Assembly: GCA_021836865.1 (NCBI GenBank)
Contig: JAKBHH010000004.1
Span: 15,700 to 79,699, forward strand
DNA length: 64,000 bases
Source: Acidobacteriota bacterium
Lineage (GTDB): Bacteria; Acidobacteriota; Terriglobia; Terriglobales; Acidobacteriaceae
Direction: 5' to 3'
Shown here piece after piece: positions 54,484-64,000 of the stretch (within the stretch, counting starts at the first letter, position 1; every line of letters begins with the position of its first letter). The position numbers and the translations under genes were made by a program. Under the pieces are notes generated by a model that made no database searches, was not told where the DNA came from, and worked only from the letters and a program-made list of their open reading frames with translations.

Positions 54484-56034
54484 GTGAAGACCTCGCAATC
54501 GCTCATTCAGCCCAGCCGCAAAGACTTCCTTGCGCTCGCCAAAGAACACACACTCGTGCCGGTCTACCGCACCCTTTCGGCCGACCTGGAGACACCTGTC
54601 TCCGCCTTCCTTCGCGCCGCCTGGCCAGAGCAGGAGTGCTTTCTCCTGGAGTCGGTCGAAAATGGCGAGCAAGTGGGCCGCTACACCTTTATTGGACTCA
54701 ATCCCTACAAACGCATCGTCGCCCGCGGCCAACGGATCGCCATCACCGAGGGCAAGCGAACCACGCACATTGAGGGCGACGTCTTCCACATCCTGCATCA
54801 GGCCCTGGGCGGGCATAAGCCCGCGCGCCTTTCCGGGTTGCCGCCCTTCACCGCCGGCGCAGTCGGCTTCTTCGCCTACGATGCCGTCCGCCAGATCGAA
54901 CGCCTGCCCGAGTTGGCCGCCGATGAACTGGGCGTGCCGGACGCTTGCCTTCTCTTCTTCGATGAAGTGCTGGCCTTTGACCACGTGCGCAAGCAGATCT
55001 GGCTCATTGCTACCGCCGACGTACGCCGGTATGCGCCCGACAAGGCCTACGCCGACGCGGTCAAGCGGCTGGCCCGCCTGGAAAGACGCCTTGCGCAACC
55101 GCTCCCCAGCCTGCCTGCGGTCAAGGGCACGGCAAAGCTGAAGGTCACGCATCGCACCCGCAAGCAGGATTTTCTGGCGGCTGTGAATCGCACCAAGGAA
55201 TACATCGTCGCGGGCGACGTCTTTCAGACCGTCCTCTCACAGCGTTTCGACATGGAGCCGGGCACAAACACATTTCAGGTCTACCGCGCCCTGCGCGCCG
55301 TTAATCCCAGCCCTTATATGTACTTCCTCCGCTTCACCCCGGAAGGTCCACTGGGTAAGAAAACACCGCCGCAGAACTCCTCCAAAAGATCAAAACAGTC
55401 GGCGACGGTGGAGTTGGCGGGCTCGTCGCCGGAGTTGCTGGTACGCGTCCATGACGGCAAGGTCGAGTACCGTCCCATCGCCGGAACCCGTCCCCGCGGC
55501 GTCACTGAAGCAGAGGACCTGGCGCTGGAATACGAGATGATGCACGACGAGAAAGAACGCGCCGAACACGTGATGCTGGTGGACCTGGGCCGCAACGATG
55601 TAGGCCGCGTCAGTAAATTCGGCAGCGTCAAGGTGGATCGCCTGATGTTTGTCGAGCGTTACAGCCACGTGATGCACATTGTCAGCACGATTGAAGGGCA
55701 GCTTAAGCCCGAACTGACCGCCGTGGATGCCCTGCGCGCCTGCTTCCCCGCCGGCACGCTCAGCGGAGCGCCCAAGGTGCGGGCCATGGAAATTATCGAG
55801 GAGCTCGAACCGGCGCGGCGCGGCGCCTACGGCGGCACAGTCCTCTACGCGGACTTCTCCGGCAACCTGGACTCCTGCATCGCCATCCGCTCCCTGCTCA
55901 CGCAGAACGGCAAAGGCTATGTCCAGGCGGGCGCCGGCATTGTGGCTGACTCTGTTCCGGAGCTGGAATATGAGGAGTCCATCAATAAGGCGCGTGCAGT
56001 GATTCGCGCCATCGAACGCGCGCGGGAGATGTAA
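54484..56034 (+). CDS. trpE: anthranilate synthase component I
   Basis: Contains 'NPSPYMYFL', 'GSSPELLVRV', 'LVDLGRNDVGRV', 'FPAGTLSGAPKVRAMEII', 'GAYGG' and 'GAGIVADS'. GTG start. Confidence 0.9.
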   Translation: MKTSQSLIQPSRKDFLALAKEHTLVPVYRTLSADLETPVSAFLRAAWPEQECFLLESVENGEQVGRYTFIGLNPYKRIVARGQRIAITEGKRTTHIEGDVFHILHQALGGHKPARLSGLPPFTAGAVGFFAYDAVRQIERLPELAADELGVPDACLLFFDEVLAFDHVRKQIWLIATADVRRYAPDKAYADAVKRLARLERRLAQPLPSLPAVKGTAKLKVTHRTRKQDFLAAVNRTKEYIVAGDVFQTVLSQRFDMEPGTNTFQVYRALRAVNPSPYMYFLRFTPEGPLGKKTPPQNSSKRSKQSATVELAGSSPELLVRVHDGKVEYRPIAGTRPRGVTEAEDLALEYEMMHDEKERAEHVMLVDLGRNDVGRVSKFGSVKVDRLMFVERYSHVMHIVSTIEGQLKPELTAVDALRACFPAGTLSGAPKVRAMEIIEELEPARRGAYGGTVLYADFSGNLDSCIAIRSLLTQNGKGYVQAGAGIVADSVPELEYEESINKARAVIRAIERAREM

Positions 56035-56039
56035 GGCAC

Positions 56040-57014
56040 TCACTCCGCGCCAAAGATGCGGCGGAAAAAGTGGCCTACGTGGCCGAAGAATCCAGCCTTG
56101 TTTTTATGCGCGGGCCGGGGCGCTGCCGGTGTTGCAGCCGCGGCTTTGTTCGCCGTCGCCGGCTCCCTCACGGTCGCGGTCTGTGCCGCGCTGCCCGCCG
56201 CGTTGAAGACCAGGGGCGGAGACGGCTCCGCGGGCTGGCCCTCGCGCTTCGCCGGGCTGGGCTTGGGCTTCGGCGTTGGCGCAAGGCCCGCGCTCTGCGC
56301 CAGCGGAAACTCATTCGTGCCGGGATGCGGCTCGGGCGGGCAGCCGCAGGGTTCTTTTTCCTCGTCCACCACCTCATGGACGCTTCCATGCTGGAACATG
56401 ACCCGCTGGCCGGGCCGCACACGGTAATTGCTTCCATCAAAAACGCTGGTAACCAGCACATAGGGCGCGTCCGCGCCGGGATTATCAATGCACGTGTCGC
56501 CATGCTCGCCAAGACGCACCTTCACGTCTGCCGCGCCGGGTCCGCTGATGAGGATGCGGAAGTCGGGCGTGAGCAGCACGTCGGCGCTGCGTCCTGTGGC
56601 AAAGCTGGCCTCCACCGCGCCGTGATCCAGAGCCATCATCAGCCCGGGGATCTCGCCAATGGGCGCGCTCGAATCCGCGGCCAGCTTTACGGCAGTTGAA
56701 GCGCAGACGCGCAGCGTCCCGCGATGCGGCAGCATCACATCGGTGGTGGCAGTGCCTGAAGTGACGGTACCGCTCGCCGCAATGATCGCCTTGCCTGAGG
56801 TCACTTCCAGCGCGCCGGTGACGCTGGCGCCGCTTCCTGAACTCGTGCCGTCAATGGGCACAATCGCAATCGGGCCGGCCACGCTTGCAGCCGCTGCCGA
56901 CGGCGCGGGGGTGGCCGCACTCTGCGCAAACAGCTGCGGCACGGCCGCAGCAAGAAGCCCGGCACAGAGCAGCTGGCCTGGAAGACGCTGTATCGCTTGC
57001 GGCAGAGCTGGCAT
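56040..57014 (-). CDS. secreted hypothetical protein with Pro-rich linker and amphipathic C-terminus
   Basis: Signal peptide 'LLCAGLLAAAVPQLFAQ'. Central beta-rich part, a 'PTPKPKPSPAKREGQPAEPSPP' linker and a C-terminal 'KNKAGFFGHVGHFFRRIFG'. The start lies 5 nt after the trpG stop. Confidence 0.55.
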   Translation of the reverse strand: MPALPQAIQRLPGQLLCAGLLAAAVPQLFAQSAATPAPSAAAASVAGPIAIVPIDGTSSGSGASVTGALEVTSGKAIIAASGTVTSGTATTDVMLPHRGTLRVCASTAVKLAADSSAPIGEIPGLMMALDHGAVEASFATGRSADVLLTPDFRILISGPGAADVKVRLGEHGDTCIDNPGADAPYVLVTSVFDGSNYRVRPGQRVMFQHGSVHEVVDEEKEPCGCPPEPHPGTNEFPLAQSAGLAPTPKPKPSPAKREGQPAEPSPPLVFNAAGSAAQTATVREPATANKAAAATPAAPRPAHKNKAGFFGHVGHFFRRIFGAE

Positions 57015-57019
57015 CGTGG

Positions 57020-57595
57020 CTACATGTCCAGGAAGTTGCGGATCATCTGGTGTCCGCCTTCGGTAAGGACGCTCTCGGGGTGAAACTGCACACCCTCAAT
57101 CGGCAGGCTGCGATGACGCAGGCCCATGATCACCGTGCCACCATCGGACTCCGGGGTGCGCGCAGTCACGGTCAGCTCTTTCGGCAGACTTTCTTCCGCC
57201 ACAATCAGCGAGTGATAGCGGGTGCAGGTCAGCGGGTTGGGCAGAGTGGTAAAGATGCCTTTGCCATCGTGTGTCACAGGACTCGTCTTGCCGTGCATCA
57301 GATGGTGCGCGCGGACAACCTGCCCGCCAAAGGCCTCGCCAATTGCCTGATGGCCCAGGCAAACGCCAAGAATCGGCGCCTTGCCCGCCATGCGCCGGAT
57401 CAGCGGAACCAGGATGCCTGCCTCGCCGGGCGTGCAGGGGCCGGGTGAGAGCAGAATCCGCTCCGGCTTGAGCGCTTCCACCTCTTCCACCGTCAGCTCA
57501 TCGTTGCGGTAGACGACGACCTTCGCACCCAGTTCGCCCAGATACTGAACAAGGTTGTAGGTGAATGAATCGTAGTTGTCGAGAACAAAGACCAT
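57020..57595 (-). CDS. trpG: anthranilate synthase component II / aminodeoxychorismate synthase glutamine amidotransferase
   Basis: Starts '[19 protein letters not shown]'. Contains 'GVCLGHQ' (catalytic Cys) and 'GVQFHPES'. ATG at 57595 chosen inside the longer ORF. Confidence 0.9.
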   Translation of the reverse strand: MVFVLDNYDSFTYNLVQYLGELGAKVVVYRNDELTVEEVEALKPERILLSPGPCTPGEAGILVPLIRRMAGKAPILGVCLGHQAIGEAFGGQVVRAHHLMHGKTSPVTHDGKGIFTTLPNPLTCTRYHSLIVAEESLPKELTVTARTPESDGGTVIMGLRHRSLPIEGVQFHPESVLTEGGHQMIRNFLDM

Positions 57596-57711
57596 GGTTG
57601 AGTTCAGTGTAGCGCGCGGGGTGCAAAGCAACCACGCGGAAGATGGAAACGGCCGCTCCAGGTCCCGCACCAGGTTGCCCTCACCCAAGCGACAGTCTAC
57701 GCCGTCTGCGC

Positions 57712-59256
57712 CTACTTTCCAGTTCCAGCCGAAGCCGCAGGCGGCGCCTGCACATGCAGCACGATGCGCCGATACGACGTGAGCCGCGGTGCTCCCTCAT
57801 CGGTCACTTCCAGAATGATGTGTGCAACGCCTTCCCCTCTGCAAGGAATCAAACCGGGAATCCACGCGTCGCGGCACGGGGAGTGGATTGTCACCTGGGC
57901 CCTGGGACTATTGGCGGCCGTAATGGCCACATCCGCGCCGTGACTACCCGCAAGGCCCGCCTCTTCGTAAACCCACCACTTGTAGTGCAGCGCCTGCCCA
58001 TCGGGGTCCTGGCTCCCTGTCGCGTCCAGCGTCACCGTCTGCTTTGCCGCAACGGTGAACTCGACGGGAGCGGTCCCCCCTTGTCCGTTCACCACCAGTT
58101 CGGGATTGTGGTTGGCGTGCGCAAAGTCCTTGATCGTCCAGTCCATGCGCGCGGCAAAGTCATTCTGGTAAGCCTCGCGCCAGCGCCAGATCGTCGCCTG
58201 ATCTGAAACATGCTCCACGCCGTCAATGCCGACCACGCGATCCTGTGAGGTTGCACGCGTAAATTCGTCGCCGCCCTGCGTCCAGATCGCATGGGGTTCG
58301 CCGTAGGGCTGTCGGTAGACATAGCGCCCGCCCCAGCCGCCCCAGTCCGGCCTCCGATAAGCATTCAAACCATTGTCGATCAGCCCTAGATACGACGGAG
58401 TATCGCCTTCCATGATGAAGAGAAACTTCGGATACCACTTGCCCATCGGGCCCTTGGCGCGAATATGCGTCTCAAGCCACTCATTGGTCACAAGGCTTGT
58501 ATCGGCGCCCGCGCCGTTGCGGTAGAAGAGATCACCGCTGATACCCGTCCAGGTCGCGTAATAGTACTCCTCTCCGTTCGGCGGACTGGGCTTGACCACA
58601 TAAAACAGCGCGGGAAACTCGCGGCGAATCCATGGCCCGGCGTCATCCTGATCCGAGATCGAAGAGACACGCAAATGAGACACCAGCCGCTCCATCTCCG
58701 CCTGCGAATTCCTGGCGCGCAAATCGATCAGCGCCTGCGCCAGGGTGTTGACGCCGCCCCAGAGGCAGATCCACAGCGGGCGCGGATCGTCGCGTTCCAT
58801 CGCCTTCATCAGCGCCTGTGAGCCGGCAGACGCTTTGCCCTCTCCGGTAGCGGCCATGCCGTAAGCAGGCTGGCCTGCAAAGATGCGCTGATCCAGTTCT
58901 TCGGCCGTGGGCCAGCCCTTGGCGTGCAGCAGCAGGTTGGGCCGTACTCGGCCGTAGGCCTGAACAATCGCGTGCATCGTCTCAGGATGCGTGGCGGTCC
59001 GCTGCCAGGTCGATGTCGAGGCAATCATCGCCTCAAGATCGAGTTCGTTCGAGTAGAGCAGCAGGCGTACAAACGACATCTGATCGTCGGGCTCGTTGCC
59101 GATGTCGCTGATGATCGCCACCCGCGGGTGCCCGGTAAAGCTGTCAGCCGCCGGCGGAAGCGCAGGCTGCGCTGTCGCCGCTGCGCCAAAACTCAATCCA
59201 ACCACCAGCAGAATCCACACCCGCGAACCGCTCCGTATGAACTCCTCAATCCGCAT
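57712..59256 (-). CDS. secreted DUF1593-like (nucleoside-hydrolase-like N-domain) protein
   Basis: Signal peptide '[18 protein letters not shown]'. '[38 protein letters not shown]' and '[14 protein letters not shown]' match my memory of the DUF1593 family. Has a C-terminal Ig-like part. ATG at 59256. Confidence 0.6.
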   Translation of the reverse strand: MRIEEFIRSGSRVWILLVVGLSFGAAATAQPALPPAADSFTGHPRVAIISDIGNEPDDQMSFVRLLLYSNELDLEAMIASTSTWQRTATHPETMHAIVQAYGRVRPNLLLHAKGWPTAEELDQRIFAGQPAYGMAATGEGKASAGSQALMKAMERDDPRPLWICLWGGVNTLAQALIDLRARNSQAEMERLVSHLRVSSISDQDDAGPWIRREFPALFYVVKPSPPNGEEYYYATWTGISGDLFYRNGAGADTSLVTNEWLETHIRAKGPMGKWYPKFLFIMEGDTPSYLGLIDNGLNAYRRPDWGGWGGRYVYRQPYGEPHAIWTQGGDEFTRATSQDRVVGIDGVEHVSDQATIWRWREAYQNDFAARMDWTIKDFAHANHNPELVVNGQGGTAPVEFTVAAKQTVTLDATGSQDPDGQALHYKWWVYEEAGLAGSHGADVAITAANSPRAQVTIHSPCRDAWIPGLIPCRGEGVAHIILEVTDEGAPRLTSYRRIVLHVQAPPAASAGTGK

Positions 59257-59650
59257 GTTTCTCCTCCGAATGTTTCGTTGATTCCCTGCCTCGACCCGGT
59301 CCTGCGTACGCAATAATATTTGATGGAAGGTCCTGCCGACAGATCGCTCAGACATGCCCGTCTTTCGCGCATCCGCGGGGCCCGGAACGAATCAAGGCAA
59401 GAGGCGAGTAAAGCGACGGGGTCTGTGAGGCATTCGAAATCAACCGCTCTGCGGTGCGCCGATCGGTGATGAGGACATGGATCCATTTGCCCTTGAGGGC
59501 AGCGGTGATTGCGGGGACCTCATTAATCCAGCCGAACAATCCACACGGCAGTCTCACGAAGCACCGCCAGCGCCTTGATGGGCGCCCGCTTCGGACGTCC
59601 CCGCCTCGCATCGATTACCCTAGAAGTGCAAGATTTTCGAGGGAATCTCC

Positions 59651-61177
59651 ATGACCGTCATCCTGCAGGAAGACTTCATCGCCAGCGTCGCCGGCGCTCT
59701 GCAATACATAAGCTACTATCATCCCGTCGACTACATCACCTCACTCGCCAAGGCCTATGAGCGCGAGCAGTCGCCCGCCGCCAAAGACGCCATCGCGCAG
59801 ATCCTCATCAACAGCCGCATGTGCGCAGAGGGCCATCGCCCCATCTGCCAGGACACCGGCATCGTCAACGCCTTCGTCAAAGTCGGCATGAACGTTCGCT
59901 TCGAGGCCGGCCCCGGCGAGAAGCAACTCGATCTCCAGGAGATGGTCGATGCAGGTGTGCGCCGAGCCTATCTCGACCCCGACAACAAGCTGCGCATGTC
60001 GCTCCAGGCCGACCCGGCCGGCAAGCGCATCAACACCAAAGACAACACCCCCGCCGTCGTCAACGTCGAACTCGTGCGCGGAGACAAAGTCGATGTCACC
60101 GTCGCGGCCAAGGGCGGCGGCTCTGAAGCAAAAAGCAAATTCGCTATGCTCAATCCGTCGGACTCCATTGTCGAGTGGGTGCTCAAGACCGTGCCCACCA
60201 TGGGCGCCGGCTGGTGCCCGCCCGGAATGCTCGGCATCGGCATCGGCGGCACAGCGGAAAAGGCCATGCTGCTCGCCAAACAATCGCTGATGGACCCCAT
60301 CGACATCCAGGACCTCATCGCCCGCGGCCCCCAAACCACCGCCGAAAAGCTCCGCGTTGAGCTCTACGACAAGGTCAACCGGCTCGGCATCGGCGCGCAA
60401 GGCCTCGGCGGACTAACCACCGTGCTGGACGTAAAGGTGTTGGACACCCCTGCGCACGCCGCCAACCTGCCCGTCGCCATGATTCCCAACTGCGCCGCAA
60501 CGCGCCACGCGCACATCGTCCTCGACGGCTCCGGCCCCGTCTACCTTGATCCGCCGAATCTGCAGGACTGGCCTAAACTCACCTATGACGTCTCCGGCGC
60601 GCGCCGCGTCAACCTCGACACCGTCACCCGCGCTGAAGCCGCCACCTGGAAGCCCGGCGAAGTCCTTCTCCTCACCGGCAAGCTCCTCACCGGCCGCGAC
60701 GCCGCGCACAAGCGCATGACCGACATGCTGAACCGCGGCGAAAAACTTCCCGTCGACTTCCGCGGCCGCTTCATCTATTACGTCGGCCCCGTCGATCCTG
60801 TCCGCGAGGAGGTCATCGGCCCCGCCGGCCCCACCACAGCCACGCGCATGGACAAGTTCACCCGCCAGATGCTCGCTGAAACCGGCCTCCTCGGCATGGT
60901 CGGCAAAGCCGAGCGCGGCCCAGTCGCCATTGAAGCCATCAAGGAATTCGGAGCAATCTACCTCATGGCCGTTGGCGGTGCAGCATATCTCGTCTCGAAA
61001 GCCATCACCGGCGCCCGTCAGCTCGCCTTCCAGGATCTCGGCATGGAAGGCATCTATGAGTTCGACGTGCGCGACATGCCCGTCACCGTCGCTGTGGACT
61101 CCAAAGGCACCAGCGTCCACCAGACCGGTCCCGCCGAGTGGCAGCAACGCATCGCCGGCATTCCCATCTTGCAGTAG
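59651..61177 (+). CDS. class I (Fe-S, FumA/TtdAB-type fused) fumarate hydratase
   Basis: About 508 aa. Contains 'ICQDTGI', 'GAKGGGSE'-type 'AAKGGGSEAKS', a C-terminal beta-domain 'LLTGKLLTGRDAAHKR' and 'GKAERG'. GAGGGA SD. Confidence 0.9.
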   Translation: MTVILQEDFIASVAGALQYISYYHPVDYITSLAKAYEREQSPAAKDAIAQILINSRMCAEGHRPICQDTGIVNAFVKVGMNVRFEAGPGEKQLDLQEMVDAGVRRAYLDPDNKLRMSLQADPAGKRINTKDNTPAVVNVELVRGDKVDVTVAAKGGGSEAKSKFAMLNPSDSIVEWVLKTVPTMGAGWCPPGMLGIGIGGTAEKAMLLAKQSLMDPIDIQDLIARGPQTTAEKLRVELYDKVNRLGIGAQGLGGLTTVLDVKVLDTPAHAANLPVAMIPNCAATRHAHIVLDGSGPVYLDPPNLQDWPKLTYDVSGARRVNLDTVTRAEAATWKPGEVLLLTGKLLTGRDAAHKRMTDMLNRGEKLPVDFRGRFIYYVGPVDPVREEVIGPAGPTTATRMDKFTRQMLAETGLLGMVGKAERGPVAIEAIKEFGAIYLMAVGGAAYLVSKAITGARQLAFQDLGMEGIYEFDVRDMPVTVAVDSKGTSVHQTGPAEWQQRIAGIPILQ

Positions 61178-61202
61178 CGCCGCTCACAGCCGCGCAAAAA
61201 AT

Positions 61203-61257
61203 CAGGCTCCCCATGACCCTCGCGCACCCGCATCCGGGCCACGTCATGGGGAGCCTG
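61203..61257. terminator. bidirectional terminator-like long hairpin
   Basis: Perfect 15-bp arms CAGGCTCCCCATGAC / GTCATGGGGAGCCTG around a 25-nt loop. Preceded by an A6 run (AAAAAAT) and followed by CAGTTTTCTC. It lies between the convergent fumarase and xylanase genes. Confidence 0.65.
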
Positions 61258-61272
61258 CAGTTTTCTCGGCGC

Positions 61273-64000
61273 TTACTGTTGTGCGCCGCGGTTGAAGTTC
61301 ATCGTCTGCGTAGCTGTTCCGGTGTCATACACCGCCGAGCTCCACGGCACGCTCACAGTGAACTCCGCATTCGGATTGCAGCCCACGATGCTCACTGTGA
61401 ACGACGCGCTCGCCGTGCCACCCGTGCCAATATCGCCCAGCTGCATCGGGAAGCTCGACGGCGACACCACCCTTGGCGTGCAGGCAGGCTCCGTCAGTTG
61501 CGTGAAGGTGATGCTGTTCAGCTGCGTCGCATACGCCGGACCCACGTCACCGTTTGTCGCCGTGACCGTCAGGATGCGCTGGTCCTCCGTCGTCGCGGTG
61601 CTCGTGATGGCAAACGTCATCCCGTAGCCCGGCAGTTGCGTCGGATCGACAATCCCCCAGTACGCCGGCTTGGCCTGCAGTTGCATGTCAAACGGCAGCG
61701 GATAATCCGTCCGCACCACCGGGAAGCTGTCCAGCCACGTATCGTCATCCGCCATGCCCCACAGCGTCACCGCGCTGATCTTGCCGCTCCAGCGCCGGAA
61801 CAGGTCGAACGTATTCTTGTACAGCCATCCCTGCTCGGCCAGTACCGCCGGCGGAATGTTGTTTCCGTAGTTTGAGGTTTTATCGCCGGCGTTGTACACG
61901 CTCATGTCGAACTCCGTCACCTGCTGGTCCAGGCCGGGGAAGTTGTCCGCCATGGTTTCAATCGCGTTCGACATCGCGCTCACCGCGGGATAGTTGATCG
62001 CGTTGTGCATCTCATGCCCCACGCCATCCAGCGGAATCCCGCGCGCGCGCAGATCGCTGACCACCTTCACAAGACACGCAAGTCGCGCCGGATCGCTCGT
62101 GCTGTACTCATTGATGAAGAGCTTGGTCCCTGCCGGCGCATACTGCCGCGCGGCCTCCAGCGCAACGTCGATGTAGCTCTTGCCCAGCACCTGATAGAAC
62201 GGCCCGTGCTCCAGGCAGTCGGGCTGACTCGGATCCAGCGGCTCATTCACCACATCCCACGCATACACCTTGGTCCCGAAGTGCTGCACCTCGTTCTGAA
62301 TATGCTCCTGGATATTCGCCGTCACTACCGCCTGATTCGCCGCCGAGTTCGTGCCGTCGCCCGTCGCATACGATGGCGTCTGCGCTGCCGTGGACCACAC
62401 CAGGTTCTGCCCGCGCACGCGCATCCCCGCGCACACCGCCTCGCCCACCAGAGCATCGCCGTTCGTGTAGTCGAACGAGCCTTTGGACGATTCCACTGAA
62501 CTCCACTTCAGATCGTTGCCCGGCGTCATGCTGTTGAAGTGCATCGCCAGCAACTGCGCGTGCGGCCCGCTGATGTCGCTCATATCCGTCGCCGCGCCCA
62601 CCGGGAAGAACTGCGCCAGCGTCTTGTAGATCGACGGAATGTTGCTCTGAATCACCGCCGGCGGAACATAGGTCAACTGGAAATCGTCCGTGTAGAACGA
62701 CACCAGATCGTTGCCGGAGGGAGGCACCGTCTGCAGGTAGAGGCTCGCCTGACCCGTGTCATAGCTATTCGCCATGGTGTAGCCCATCGCGCTGATCTGG
62801 TGCCATTGCCCGTCCGCCGGCACCGTCACGCCCGGATACCCCGTAATGCTGGGATAACTTGTGTTTCCGCTCAGCGTCGTCTGCAGGCTCATGTTGATCA
62901 CGTGGCTCGTGCCGTCCGCCGGCGTCAGCATCACCCATGCGCTCAGGTTGTACACGCTGCCCGGATACATCTTGTCGCTCACGCTGATCTGCGGGCCGTC
63001 CCAGTTCGCAATGCGTCCCGTCGTCAGCAGGCTGTGCGTGCCCGTATGCGCCGCTGCCGTCGAGTTCGTCACGCTCGACTTGCCCGAGCGCGAACTCCAT
63101 CCATCCGTCCCGCCATCTTCAAAGGTGCTCGAGATCCCCGTGTTGTCCTGCTGGCTTGGCGTGGGGGGCGGTGGCGCAAGCTGCCCGATCGTCACATCGC
63201 TGATGTAGAACGAATCCGTGGCGCTGCTCGATTGAATGTAAAGCGTAAGCCCGGTCGGCGGTCCCGGCAGATTGCTGAAGCTGAACGTGCCCTGCACCTT
63301 CGTCCATACCGCGCTCGACAGCGGCCCTGACGTAGCAATGTTGCTGTACGCACCCGATGTCGCGCAGTCCGTCGTCTTGGTTGAAATCGTTGCCGTCGGA
63401 TTCGTTGCGTCCGCCGCAGCCAGCAGCACATAGGCCGTCACCTGATACGTTGCGCCCGCCACCACATTCGGCACGCTCAACAGATTCAGCGCGGGCCCCA
63501 TATAGCCTGAAGTCCGATTCGCCACCAGCAGACTGTGCGTGTCGCCATTCGGGTCCGCCGTCGGCGGCGCAGCGTTCGTCAACGTTGCCGAGCCGAACGC
63601 AAACCATCCATCCGTCCCGCCATCGGCAAAGGTGTACGTGGCGATCGGTGTTCCGCCCGGCGGCGGAGCCGTCTCCGTAATCACCACATCGTCCAGATAA
63701 AACGTCTGCGCCGTCGTCGCGCCCACCAGTTGCGCATACAGCGTCATCCCCGTCTCCGTCGCGCTCACGGTATAGCTGCCGCCAATCTGCGCCCATCCCG
63801 AATCCGTCACGGCCACCTTGTAGCTACCAATGGTGTCGTAGCACGTACCGCCGCTGCAACTCGCATCGCTGCGCCGCACGGTGAAATTCGCATCGCTCGC
63901 CGCTTCGCCGCTCGCCAGCTTCACCCATCCGGTAATCGTGTACTGAGCACCGGCCTGCAGCAACGGAGTCACAACTAGAGATGGCCCGCCCTGTCCGCTC
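61273..64000 (-). CDS. multi-CBM glycoside hydrolase family 10 endo-1,4-beta-xylanase (N-terminus beyond window)
   Basis: GH10 core with 'WDVVNEP' (acid/base Glu) and 'VTEFDMS' (nucleophile Glu). It is preceded by three CBM4_9/CBM22-like modules ('FEDGGTDGW', 'FADGGTDGW') separated by Pro-rich linkers, and followed by a C-terminal beta domain. The reading frame stays open to position 64000. Confidence 0.85.
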   Translation of the reverse strand, partial: SGQGGPSLVVTPLLQAGAQYTITGWVKLASGEAASDANFTVRRSDASCSGGTCYDTIGSYKVAVTDSGWAQIGGSYTVSATETGMTLYAQLVGATTAQTFYLDDVVITETAPPPGGTPIATYTFADGGTDGWFAFGSATLTNAAPPTADPNGDTHSLLVANRTSGYMGPALNLLSVPNVVAGATYQVTAYVLLAAADATNPTATISTKTTDCATSGAYSNIATSGPLSSAVWTKVQGTFSFSNLPGPPTGLTLYIQSSSATDSFYISDVTIGQLAPPPPTPSQQDNTGISSTFEDGGTDGWSSRSGKSSVTNSTAAAHTGTHSLLTTGRIANWDGPQISVSDKMYPGSVYNLSAWVMLTPADGTSHVINMSLQTTLSGNTSYPSITGYPGVTVPADGQWHQISAMGYTMANSYDTGQASLYLQTVPPSGNDLVSFYTDDFQLTYVPPAVIQSNIPSIYKTLAQFFPVGAATDMSDISGPHAQLLAMHFNSMTPGNDLKWSSVESSKGSFDYTNGDALVGEAVCAGMRVRGQNLVWSTAAQTPSYATGDGTNSAANQAVVTANIQEHIQNEVQHFGTKVYAWDVVNEPLDPSQPDCLEHGPFYQVLGKSYIDVALEAARQYAPAGTKLFINEYSTSDPARLACLVKVVSDLRARGIPLDGVGHEMHNAINYPAVSAMSNAIETMADNFPGLDQQVTEFDMSVYNAGDKTSNYGNNIPPAVLAEQGWLYKNTFDLFRRWSGKISAVTLWGMADDDTWLDSFPVVRTDYPLPFDMQLQAKPAYWGIVDPTQLPGYGMTFAITSTATTEDQRILTVTATNGDVGPAYATQLNSITFTQLTEPACTPRVVSPSSFPMQLGDIGTGGTASASFTVSIVGCNPNAEFTVSVPWSSAVYDTGTATQTMNFNRGAQQ

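Noticed and set aside
59348-59611. 87-aa minus-strand ORF whose C-half ('EVPAITAALKGKWIHVLITDRRTAERL') resembles the C-terminal PIN-domain motif
   Set aside because: It is too short. The N-terminal part is Arg-rich nonsense lacking the catalytic Asp region, and there is no partner antitoxin. At best it is a decayed relic, which I cannot support as a feature.
61138-63978. Plus-strand ORFs (61138-61875, 62005-62499, 62539-63330, 63535-63978) over the xylanase gene
   Set aside because: They are Arg/His-rich antisense frames inside a gene with clear GH10 catalytic motifs and CBM repeats.
1-64000. Looked for CRISPR arrays, rRNA/tRNA genes, transposases, integrases and IS inverted repeats
   Set aside because: None were found by eye. 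There are no regularly spaced direct repeats, no rRNA-like conserved blocks, no DDE or tyrosine-recombinase motifs in any ORF, and no cloverleaf candidates in the intergenic regions.

Overview
High-G+C bacterial chromosomal segment. By inference it is from Acidobacteriota/Terriglobia, based on two 'VWFA-related acidobacterial' type proteins, a SpoIVB/S55-like peptidase, long antisense shadow ORFs and the gene repertoire. I can support about 57 protein-coding genes and see no rRNA, tRNA, CRISPR array, transposase or integrase. Most of the window is housekeeping: pgk, tpiA, the lptC/A-lptB-rpoN-hpf-rapZ block, glyQS, recO, lon, erpA, gdhA, trpE, trpG, pgsA, class I fumarase and lolC/E. Regions worth a second look, in order of interest: (1) A ~3.4-kb accessory islet splits the normally adjacent pgk and tpiA. 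It carries an AT-richer DUF4263/Shedu-like PD-(D/E)xK nuclease gene, a structured repeat element, a Phd/VapC toxin-antitoxin pair, a glutaredoxin-like gene and an acidic orphan. (2) A tightly coupled seven-gene type IV pilus / type II secretion-like operon (pilC-pilB-pilM-pilN-pilO-pilP-like-GspG-like) has no secretin, prepilin peptidase or canonical pilin in the window. It ends in a pseudopilin-like protein with a degenerate prepilin motif and large Gly/Ser-rich inserts. (3) An orphan GvpL/GvpF-family gene sits behind an unusually AT-rich leader, next to a tail-anchored coiled-coil protein, with no other gvp genes in view. (4) An 824-aa LptC-LptA multi-domain fusion is translationally coupled to lptB. 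Smaller items are a MoaD-MoaE fusion, an Hfq-like protein coupled by GTGA overlap to an inositol monophosphatase, a 466-nt non-coding gap with plus-strand terminator-like hairpins, a CRP-like operator, and a ~20-aa insertion in TrpE. All functional calls come from reading the translated ORFs and motifs by eye. No database search was run.
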